Assembly (NCBI GenBank): GCA_964106915.2 | Contig: OZ066922.1 | Strand: one strand, 5' to 3' | Source of the DNA: Podarcis gaigeae | Lineage: Eukaryota | DNA: 64,000 bases | The notes under the pieces: generated by a model | The model's input: the letters and a program-made list of their open reading frames with translations, nothing else | Told to the model about the DNA's origin: nothing | Database searches by the model: none | Program-made: the position numbers and the translations under genes | Shown here: in pieces, positions 24,558 through 34,886 of the stretch | Layout of the letters: every line of letters starts with the position of its first letter | Numbering within the stretch: position 1 is the first letter of the stretch

Positions 24558-24912
24558 GGGATGCGGGTGGTGCTGTGGGTTAAACCACAGAGCTTAGGAC
24601 TTGCCGATCAGAAGGTCGGCGGTTTGAATCCCCGCGATGGAGTGAGCTCCCGTTGCTCGGTCCTTGCTCCTACCAACCTAGCAGTTCGAAAGCAAGTCAA
24701 AGTGCAAGTAGATAAATAGGTACCGCTCCAGTGGGAAGGTAAATGGCATTTCCGTGCACTGCTCTGGTTTGCCAGAAGTGGCTTAGTCATGCTGGCCACA
24801 TGACCCGGAAGCTGTATGCCGGCTCCCTCGGCCAGTAAAGCGAGATGAGCGCCGCAACCTCAGAGTCGGTCACGACTGGACCTAATGGTCAGAGATCCCT
24901 TTACCTTTACCT
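24558..24912 (+). mobile_element. Full-length Sauria SINE (Squam1, lacertid type)
   Basis: tRNA-like head gggatgcgggtggtgctgtgggttaaaccac, B-box ggtttgaatccc, core ccaacctagcagttcgaaagca...gtgcaagtagataaatagg and an (ACCTTT)n tail. Confidence 0.93.
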
Positions 24913-25865
24913 AAACAATAAGTTCATTGAGGGGAAGCTTGGAGGAGAACAACAACCAAGCATGAATTGTGCTTAGGAGAGAAAATAATATTTCTGGCCC
25001 TCCCAACCACTGGCCAGTATGGTCTAACACTGAGGGCAGATGGGCTAAACCTTACAATGGGAAATAGCCCTGAACCCTCTCACAATATATTGGAGGATAT
25101 TCCCAGTCCTGCAAGATCCCATGAGGGCAGCATAAGGAATGAAGCCTCATCTTGCCTTCTCTGCACTCACTTGAACCTCTGCACCACTGGGCATAATTGC
25201 CCTGCATGGAAGTATATATGGAGCAAAGCTACCATTGGCCCTTGCATTCCTAGGATTGGGTGACTATTTACTGGCTGAATTTTCATATCTTATAGAAAGT
25301 ATTAACAGAGCCTGTGCAAATGACTCATGAGTAATATCTAAAGTAATGCCTTCTTTCCTCACCTAGTGCACTGTATTAGTGATGGCCAGCACTCATCAAA
25401 ACTGATAGGGCAGTAGATGGGCCAGAGCCAATATCAAGCAGATCCATGTAAATGTGATTTTGTCCCCATTCTCCAGCCTTCTGAGTTCTGCAAGGGCAAA
25501 AGTAAGACTAAGGACAAGGAAGGTATTGCAGAGTGCTACCCCTGGACTGACTGTAAGTAAGGACGTGCCGAGGGAGGTTGGATAAATTTAAACTTAGGTC
25601 TGTGGGGTACTCCTTCATTTGGTCAAATGGACCAGACTTCCCTGTACTGCATAGATATTTAATAAGAGTGCAGGTGGGAAGGGGAGGAGAGGGGGGTTGG
25701 AGGGAGGGAGAGGGAGAGAGATTGAAGCTTCTTAATAATCTGTCCATATAAGGTTTTTAGAGAGCCTGGTGCGAACTGTATCACCATCTGACTCCACAAG
25801 CCACATGGTACTCAAGCATCACATTGTACCTCTTCTCGGATATTGTTCTTGCAATTCTGATTGCC

Positions 25866-26020
25866 AAAGAGAACGTTCTGACAATAAGAGCTGTTTGACA
25901 GTGGAATGGACTACCTCAGAAGGTGGTGGACTCCCCTTCACTGGAGGCTTTAAAGCAAAGGTTGCAGGGCCATCTGCCATGGATAGACGGGTTCCCTTCC
26001 AATTCTACAATTCTACAATC
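25866..26020 (+). mobile_element. CR1 LINE 3' end
   Basis: gagctgtttgacagtggaat...gtggtggactccccttcactggagg...ggttcccttccaattctacaattctaca, with a CR1 octamer-repeat tail. Confidence 0.8.
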
Positions 26021-28181
26021 TGATCAGTCACTAGAATAACTGCTTGGTGAGATGTGAACTTCCATGCTGAAAGTTAGAAAGAAGCTCAGGGAACAAGAAC
26101 CAAGTGTGCTTCTGTCCCACCCTATACAAATTTATTTATTTACTTATAGATTTTGTGAACCACCAGTTGTCCACAGATCTCGTGGTGTTTTTGCACCAAG
26201 AAGTGCAGCAATCGCATATTAAAATCAGTAAGCCAATGGAGCAACTGGTGCCATTCTTAGAAATTACACCAAATGGCAAACAATTGGCCTCTGCCAAAGA
26301 TGGCAGTTTTAAGTAGTTCCCTTGTCTGCATTCAATAGGATGCTGTTTTTAATTACTGTATCACATGCTATCTTGTCCATGGGAATCTGTCTTCATTTTG
26401 TGTCTGGAAAGATGATGCTCAGCAAGTGAACACAAGTGATACTGACCATTTGAGCTAAAATGCTCCTGTTAATTGAGAGATACATTGCTGTTTCACTCGG
26501 GAGAGCTTTCTAAAGGATAAATCAGTATGATCTCCCGGAGCTCCAGTCTAGATGTACTTTTATTACAAGCTCAGAATCTTAAATTTCCCCTGTGTTCTTC
26601 TGCTGAAGAAAAACACCTTTAAGTAAAAACTTTATCGTTTACTAGTTCAATATCTCATTTCACATACACAGGCCCCTTGACATATAATCATCACTTGCCC
26701 GCCATTCCTTCTTCAGTCATTGTCCAAAAGCTAATGATATTAATAAAACCTGCCATATGGATGAAAATGGACATTTCTAGATGTCAGTTAACTTATATTG
26801 CTGTATTAATGACATAAAAATTGAGAGCCCTTCTTGAAACAAATTATCACAAGACCCCCTTCTTACGGCAAAATTAGGGATGTCACTGTCAAATACATCA
26901 GTTGAAAAAGAGGCATTTAATAGGAAGTGTGTGGACTCAGGAACATTTCCACTGGTACTTCAGTGATCAGGGAGGATAAGACTAACCTTTTCCTTTCCCC
27001 CTTCTAGTTCTGACTAAAATCTCCTTCACAGCTTTTATTAATTTCCATTGTTTTTTGTAGTGTGAATGTGGAGGTAAGTTTTTTGGTGATTATAAAATGT
27101 GGGGTTTGAGGTGATATTTATGTTATGTAATGATATATTGTATTGCAATTATGTTGCATTTTGATGTTTTTGATTTTAAATTTGTGGCTCTTAGTTCTTC
27201 TGATTATGCACATTCTTTAGAAACATTTATTTATTGATGACACTTAAAATGTGGAATTATTATTAGTAGCAGTGGTAGTATTGCTTGGTTTTGAATGTGG
27301 GATTTACAGCACCTTTCTTATAATTCCTTTTTTTCTTTTTTGAGCTTTGCAAACAGTTTAGAGTGTTCTGCTGAAACAATGAAACAATGTATAAATTAAA
27401 TAAATTGCAAGCCCTGGAAGAGAAGATGCCAAGGAAAGTGGGCTCTCCCCCCCCGGACTAGTAGCAGGCATAGTAGCGGCAGATATACATTGTATTAAAT
27501 CTCTCTTCCCTGTATGCCAAGGTCTCAAGGAAAATTGGGGGTCTGTGCCTGCTAAAGTTTTCTTTTTCAACTGTTGCCAGTGGTGTATTTAGTGTCAGAG
27601 CTAATTGGGCCTTCAGCTAATTAAGTACAGTTCCACACAAAGCAACTTGCGCCCATCACTGCCGATAAGAACAATGGAGAGGATTTGGGTGTGGGTGGGT
27701 GCTTGGATATTGTCACCAGGAATTCAAGAAGATCAGTAATTCAGAACCATTGATTTCTACAGAAGCTAATTTGATCCAAAACAGTGGTGCAGAGAGGTAA
27801 CTTTTCTTACAAGCAAACAGAGATTGACAAAACCCACCCATTTAGGTTTGGAATGTCTTGTTTATTATGCTGATTCCAAAGCTTTCTGATACAAAAATCT
27901 GAGAATAGTTGTTTTTGACATATAAATAGCTAAAGTCTGGTCCCACCATAATTAAAGACAACTTGCTTCTTCCTGCAACTCCCAAAAAGGAAAGGACATT
28001 GCCTCTACAGATATGTTCACTTTTGAAAATAAAGGAAATTGTATATAGAAAGGTTTTGGTTTTTTTGTTTGGAAGCCAAGCTTTTCTTTTCTTTAAAATA
28101 CAGCTAGTGGGCCTGAAATGACAAACGGGTTTTTAAAAAATGGCTATTTCCTTTCAGGTTCTTGGCACAATGTCTCATTCT

Positions 28182-28200
28182 CTAGTGCCCTCTGGTGGCT
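28182..28200 (-). promoter_or_regulatory. Candidate CTCF binding site
   Basis: The minus strand reads AGCCACCAGAGGGCACTAG, matching the CTCF core CCASYAGRKGGCRS, in non-repeat sequence. Confidence 0.5.
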
Positions 28201-28319
28201 ACTTTGTTCTGACTGTTCTTAAAAGAGTTGTCAGTTATTTCAATGGCAGAAATCAACTGAATTCTAAATTACTGTACAGAGTTATGGAAAGTGAAGGACA
28301 ATGATAGACTGTATGGTGT

Positions 28320-28341
28320 GGGTGGGTGGGTGGGTGGGTGG
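28320..28341 (+). repeat. (GGGT)5 repeat, G-quadruplex-forming motif
   Basis: Five GGG runs separated by single T residues. Confidence 0.85.
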
Positions 28342-28509
28342 TGATAAAGCCAAATTCCAAATGTAAAGTAAGAGTGAATGCCAGGGTTCACTACAACGTG
28401 TTTGGTTTAAAGGAAATATTACTCTAGCTTTGATGAGAAAAAACATTAAAGAAAAGAAAGGGAGGGAAATGGGGCATTGAAACTGGGCCCATCAGTTGAA
28501 CATTATGTA

Positions 28510-28637
28510 ACAGATGTCACCCTCTGGATATTGCTGAACTATAATTTCCATAATCCACAGCCATTAAGCATGCTTGCTAGGGATGGTAGGGGTTGGGATT
28601 CTTCAACATCTGGAGAGCCAAACGTTCCCCACACCTG
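28510..28637. mobile_element. Diverged palindromic hAT MITE copy
   Basis: ctctggatattgctgaactataatttccat...aacatctggagagccaaacgttccccacacctg. Confidence 0.55.
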
Positions 28638-28977
28638 CTCAAGGGTTCTCATTTTCAAAACTTACAGATACTTTGGTTTGCTTCTTTGTCATATCCAGTA
28701 CTACTGTAAGAAACCTCAAAGTGTTTCTGAGGTATATGCATCAATGAAGATTTAGCCATTATTATCATCTTGTTTCCTTCTCGTTACTATACAGTCCCTC
28801 TGGATTTCTTGTGCTTCTGTACATTGCTATACACATACACATACTTTTAAATTGTCACGAAAGCATTCAACTACCGTACATCCCCAACACACACAATTGG
28901 GCAGGAGATACATTTAAATCAATATAGTATCCTCAGAGGAGAAGATACATTGAAATCAGTATCAGTATCCTGACTGT

Positions 28978-29230
28978 CGCCTGCCAACCTAGCAGTTCGA
29001 AAGCACCTCCGGGTGCAAGTAGATAAATAGGGACCGCTTACCAGCGGGAAGGTAAACGGCGTTTCCGTGTGCGGCTCTGGCTCGCCAGAGCAGCGATGTC
29101 ACGCTGGCCACGTGACCCGGAAGTGTCTCCGGACAGCGCTGGCCCCTGGCCTCTTGAGTGAGATGGGCGCACAACCCCAGAGTCTGGCAAGACTGGCCCG
29201 TACGGGCAGGGGTACCTTTACCTTTACCTT
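28978..29230 (+). mobile_element. 5'-truncated, young Sauria SINE (distinct subfamily)
   Basis: Core ccaacctagcagttcgaaagca and (ACCTTT)n tail, with many intact CpGs and a perfect 12-bp TSD tatcctgactgt (28966-28977, 29231-29242). Confidence 0.93.
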
Positions 29231-29341
29231 TATCCTGACTGTGCAACGATTTCATGTGTGCAATGCCTATTCACTAAAAAAGAAAAAAGCGGAGAAGTTG
29301 AGCTGCAGTTGTATGTGAAATATTTATGTCACTTTTACTAC

Positions 29342-29690
29342 TGTTTATCAGAGTTTATCCCCAGTAAATAAATTCCAACGGACGCATAATTTTAATTTGG
29401 GGGCAAAATTTTGGCCACAACTTTATTGATTACAAAACAAATTAAGTGGTATTGGCCTAGGCATTGGTCAGAGACTATAACTGACTCCTGCCTCTCTGGC
29501 TAATAGTCTGAAAGGGTAAACACCAAACAAGGGAGCAACATCAGTGAAGACCGATTGAAGCTCACCCCGGGGTTCCTGTAGTCCTGGCATGGCCCTAGCC
29601 CCTCAAGCGGACTTCAGACAAGATCCAGGACCCCCCAATTCCTTTACTGGAATACCCTATTTCTGGATGGGTAGGTGATGGCCATAAATA
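29342..29690 (-). mobile_element. Partial ERV-like LTR
   Basis: The minus strand has aataaagttgtggcc (poly(A) signal in an LTR-like context) about 80 bp before a terminal ...AACA. The other end and a TSD were not found. Confidence 0.4.
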
Positions 29691-30822
29691 AAAGCAATTT
29701 GAATAGATTTAGAACAGCCAACAAGAAAACATTTGGCCATTTTCAATGGAGACCATGTTATGATCTGAGTCACAGTGATCTCACCAATCTTATTTTAAAA
29801 ATGCAATGTGAAGAAAAACATATATATGCTTCTCCTCCCTAACAGACAGTAAATTAATTTTTGATCAAGTTTAAGCTGTTCCTGTCTTTTTTCTGAACTC
29901 AAATCTGTTCAATGGCTTGATATGTTTTCTGCATTTGCTTCCTATCTGGGACAGCAAAAGTGTGGCAGAAAAGGAGTTGTCAAGTGCCTGGCAGGCCACT
30001 CTGCATGGTGGTGAGCTGTGTGTTATCTCATGGCATTAAATGTTGTGTAGGCAAATCCTTAGTGGAGCATGCCAGGGAGATTTCCGTCTAGAAGTTTTCA
30101 TTACAGAGCTCAGTCATAGGTAGATGTTCAACTTCCAATTATCCTTGAACTAGGATATGGAGTCCTGCAATGCATACCAAAGGAATTGGTTTTAGTGGCA
30201 AATTACAGTACAGCATGTTTAGGAAACTAATCAGTTCTAGCTTAACTATCACTTTAAACAGCTGGGAATCGGTGTCCTTGGTCTGAAAGGATATATTGTA
30301 GGATAGGGTCATTTTATTACTATTTTAATGTTAGATAAAAATATTATTTTGATTTTATAGTATCATTCACTGCAATTATTAAATCATCTATCGAGAGGAA
30401 GATATATATTGTTGTAAAAGCCTGCCACATTTCCTCCTTGCCTTTGTTCTGCAAAAAAGTGATTATCTATAAAGTTATCTGGTCACTTACTTGAAGGAGC
30501 TATGCTTAATACCAGTGCAAATCTTCCTTTCTATAACCTCATTCCTATAACTATCAAATTTGCCTTTAATAGGAATTCCTTTTGTGCTTCATTTAAATTC
30601 AAGGAACTGATCAGGTCACCTACCACAAATATTTCTGGATCAAAAAGAATGTCACTGTCCATAATCAGATTCATTTCTCCACTTTTCATTTTCTGCAAAG
30701 AAGCACTACTATATTTTGCCACAACATAAAGAAACATATTCCAATTTTCTTTCCCATAATACTAACATCTGTCATTTGCTTTCACCCCAAATCTCAGCAT
30801 TATCATAACCAATGCCCTATAT

Positions 30823-31148
30823 CAGTGTTTTTCAACCACTGTTCCGCGGCACACAAGTGTGCCGCGCAATGTTGCCTGGTGTGCCGTGGGAAAAATTGAA
30901 AAATTTGAAAGATTTAAAAATAAAGTATTTTATAATTTTTCATATTTCTGTTTACTTACTATTTCATAATAAAGTAATTATAAAATACTTTCTTTGTGTT
31001 TATTTGATTCCTATTCAAGAGAATTACTTTATATATAGTCAATATAGGCACAGAGTTAATTTTTTTAACATTTTCTAATGGTGGTGTGCCTCGTGATTTT
31101 TTTCATGAAACAAGTGTGCCTTTGGCCAAAAAAGGTTGAAAAACACTG
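30823..31148. mobile_element. Young non-autonomous hAT (Buster/Charlie group) element, 326 bp
   Basis: Perfect 15-bp TIR CAGTGTTTTTCAACC/GGTTGAAAAACACTG, perfect 8-bp TSD ccctatat (nnnTAnnn), and subterminal gtgtgcc repeats. Confidence 0.95.
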
Positions 31149-31316
31149 CCCTATATGCACCTGAATACAATATTCTACTCCTTGAGAGCATATGGTGAAC
31201 ATTAAACTTTTGCCTAATCCCCCCCACAACCTATGCCTTTACTTATTAACATTCAGTATACTTTTTTTTCCAGAGAATGACTGGATCCTAAGTAGCAAAA
31301 TACAATTTAAAGCATC

Positions 31317-31751
31317 TGTAAAGGTTATAGGGGTTGCTCGTGCGTAAGTTGCCGACACTCCTGGCTAGGTTGCCTGGTTAAACCTTTTCTGTCTGGACAG
31401 CCCTTCACTTCGTGGCTGTTTCAGTCACTAGCAGAATCCATCAGTGGGCATTTCTTGAACCTCTTCCAGCAAATAAGTTCTTTGACGCCAAGTCTCCGCC
31501 TACTCTCCCTGCGCGGAAGTCTTCTGCGCAGGGTGGGTGTGGGCAGCGGAGGACCCGTGCTCTCCCTGCTCGTCTCTGGCGAGGAGTCCTGGAGCCCCCT
31601 CACCGATTCCCCCATCTGCCCCCCTTTATCCCTGGTGTTACGCTGATTTCCTTCCCCAGCCAATGAGCTGCCTCTCTCCCTGCTGGGCCCTTCTCCAGCA
31701 TCGCTTGGGAGCCTTGCCTCCGCCTCTGGCTCCGATGGCAGTTCCCTGACA
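31317..31751 (-). mobile_element. Solo LTR (Gypsy-like), 435 bp, young, carrying a 109-aa open frame
   Basis: TG...CA termini, perfect 5-bp TSD gcatc (31312-31316, 31752-31756), CpG-rich. The minus-strand frame is open from 31750 to the stop at 31421. Confidence 0.88.
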
Positions 31752-32017
31752 GCATCTAACTGATTATTTGAGTATCAGAGGTATGGAGTTGGTTCAGTAC
31801 TGAGAGTCCAATTTAGAAAGAAACAGTGAAATGAAGGATGGCAGTTAATATGCAAGTTTGGTTGCATGTAAATAAAATTATTCTAATCTCTTTCAAAATT
31901 ATTGCAAGGAAAACAAATATAAAATAAAATACATAAAATTGTATCTATAAAAAGACAGAGAAGTGTAATGGCATAGTAATAGGTATGAGGGTGACTGATC
32001 ACTGTACCAATAGGTCT

Positions 32018-32495
32018 GGTAACCTCTAGGTTAGATTACTGCAATGCATTGTATGCAGGGCTGCTTCTGAAGGCTGTTCAGAAACTTCAGCTGGTGCAGA
32101 ATTCAGCAGTCAGGTTCTTCACCAGAGAAATAAGGTTTGAGCATATAACACCCATCCTGGCTTGACTGCTCTGGCTGCCACTGAGTTTCCAGGCCTAGTT
32201 CAAAGTGCTGCTTTTGACCTAAAAAGCCATAAATGGGTCAGAAACTCAACACCCCAAGGACCTCCTCTCCCTGTGCTCACCATCTGACATCTTCATTTGC
32301 CCCCTCCACAAGAGGTTGGAAGGGTGGCAACATGAGAACAGGCCTTTTCTACAGTGGTCCCTTGTTTGTGGAATGCTCTCTCTAGGGAGGCTCAGCTGGC
32401 ACCTTCATTATATACCTTTAGGCACCTGGGCAAAATTATTCTTCTTCAACCAGGCTTTTGGCTGATTAAACAATCTATGGCCTTTTAAATGTGTC
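32018..32495 (+). mobile_element. L2 LINE ORF2 3' fragment
   Basis: Translates to [49 protein letters not shown], the L2 signature, with stops. Confidence 0.88.
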
Positions 32496-32677
32496 ATAAA
32501 CAAACAAACAAATAAAACTGCCCTGAAAGTATTTTGTAAGCCAAAACTAACAAGGAGTATGAAAGACAGAAAATAGAAGGAAACAGAAATAGTACTAGAG
32601 TTCACATTGTCAAGAGAAAATCACCAGCCTTTCTCTCTCACATCCAATTCCTCTCCTTCTCACAGAATCTACCTAGT

Positions 32678-32822
32678 GAAGGACTGTGACTCAGTGGTGA
32701 AGCACCTGCTTTCTATGCAGAAGGTCCCAAATTCAATCTGGAAGTAAGGCTGGAAAAGACCTTATCAGAAACCCTGGAAAGTTGTACCAGTCAGTGTAGA
32801 TAATACTGAACCTGATGGACCT
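32678..32822 (+). mobile_element. tRNA-derived squamate SINE (Squam3-like)
   Basis: gactcagtggtgaagcacctgctttctatgcagaaggtcccaaattcaatc (A/B boxes), then gaaaccctggaaag...ccagtcagtgtagataatactga. Confidence 0.7.
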
Positions 32823-34513
32823 ACCATACTTTGTAATGGCCATGACTCAAGCAGCAGCATGAGGAGAGGAGCAGCGTCAGCACTGGGGGAGAAAAACTTC
32901 CCTCCTTGCTGTTATTGCTGAAGATACACAGGAACCACAAGAGACGCAAGCAGGGTGAGTTACGGAAGTCGGTGAATGAAAGGCAGACTTGTGGCTGGGC
33001 AAGTGGCAAGGTTTTCTAAGACTACCAACAGCAGAAAGGGGAGAAACAAATCCCAACATTCCTCTAATCAGAGGTCTGCAGGGGTCCAATTTAAGTCAGA
33101 TTGGCTTGGAATATACAGCTATTTTCAAATTAGGAGTGGGGGATGATGCTTATTCTGAGCTAATCCAAGGCAACCTGGGGACATAGTGAAGTTCATTTGT
33201 CCCTATTACCAACTCATTAGCAGATATGCTGCTACAATATTTTGCAATGGTTGAAGATGTTGAAAAGTCATGAAGGGCAGTTTCTCCATACTTTGCATTA
33301 CAGCGATATAGCCTCAAGATTACATAGACGTGAATGGCAAACAATTTTCTCTTAGCCTCTGTCTGATAGGAAGGTGTAGCCTTTTCATGACATGAAGACA
33401 ATGAGAAGTGCTTCTGGATACTGCTGCAGTTTTGAATTTTAGGGACAAGAAGTGCCAAGGGATGCAATTCAAAGCACCCTGGAAGTTTCCCAGAAAGTAA
33501 GAAATAGCTATTATACCTACACTTTGCTTTCCATTAAGACGTGGTGCTTGGAGTAGTTTGGGTGTTCATCTAAAATTTCAGTACTGCACAACTAGGGGCA
33601 GATGTTGTGCCATAATGAATTTATACTATATTCAAATCTATTTATACATGGATTTGGGTGGTTAAGACCCAATCAAGCTTTGATCTCATAAGACCACCAT
33701 TTCCCTCAAACATCTCCAGGTTTGTTTTTTAAAGCCCAACTAATTTTATGCAAAATTTTATGCAAAAAATACAAGTAGTATGTGTATAGAATGAATGAAA
33801 GAGACAGTCTCTGTGGTGTATTATATTTCTGTGGCTTTATTTTATATATTTATAATTATAATTATATTACCATTTATACACATTTTTGCCTATCTGTTAA
33901 TGTGCTGGTTTTGTTAGGAAACCTAGTGTGTAGAAATATGACAAGTATAATAGTGCATGTACTATGTGAGAATTGTTCATATTTGTAGCAGAATTGAGGA
34001 ACTAAGGCTTACTTCTTGTCAACATTAAGAAGTGAGATGGGAATTAGAAGAAGAAGAAGAAACCTATGTGGATAAGCTTGATCTTTCTCTAAACGATTCC
34101 ACCAAGGCCTCCCACATTTTTTATGTTCCATAAAGCAGTAAATGGTCATGAACAATGTCTGTGAATGTTAGTTACACATTACGTCTCTGTGTGTAACTGT
34201 AAAGAAAATAATCTCATCTACATTTCTAAGAGATGCTAATTACATACTGCATATTAAATCAAGTCCACTTGGGGAAAGGTTTCCTTAATTAATTAAATTA
34301 ATTAGCAATAAGGCAGAAGAGGGAGTCATGGTTATCAGGAGATAATCACACCCCCAGGACATGGCTTTGCACTCAGAATGTTTCAACTTTTAGGATGAAA
34401 GTACGACAACTTTTACTTAATTTTAACAAGTGACTCCTGGATATTCCCACACTTTAGATAGGGCAGATGTGTTTGCTCCACATACATTTGTAACAAACCA
34501 AATGACACAGCAG

Positions 34514-34886
34514 TAGGAATGGGGAGAAGTTTGGTTTGTGTTTAAAGGTAAGCCTACCAAATTTGTCTTCTCTGTGACAACACGCAAAGCCATCCTTCAA
34601 AATTCATACTTCTCTGAATTTTGCAATGCAGTTCTCCTGTCAAGTAACGTGTATAAAAAGTATATACTAGGGTAAAGTGTGCATAAAAATACATATGGTA
34701 GGGAAAATAACACCCCAAAATGCATTGTGTCTAATAGGATAAATTCACACTAAAATCCTGATGAAGGACTATTTCTTAAAAATAAAATAAAAATCACAAA
34801 CTAATGTGGAATTGTGGTCAACTGAAGACTGGAAAAATCTTCAGTCAGGACAGAGAAACAAAAACTGACAGATTGGCCCATTCCTA
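34514..34886 (+). mobile_element. AT-rich hAT-like MITE
   Basis: 10-bp TIR TAGGAATGGG/CCCATTCCTA, decayed 8-bp TSD (5/8), and three other copies in the window. Confidence 0.65.

Larger units (their letters stand above)
30330..31790 (-). mobile_element. Ancient L1-type ORF2 C-terminal fossil, interrupted by a hAT MITE and a solo LTR
   Basis: The minus strand shows a decayed CCHC-region pattern (RC*YYGKE...MF..MLW) followed by ILFDPEIFVVGDL...KEFLLKA. Boundaries are approximate. Confidence 0.5.
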
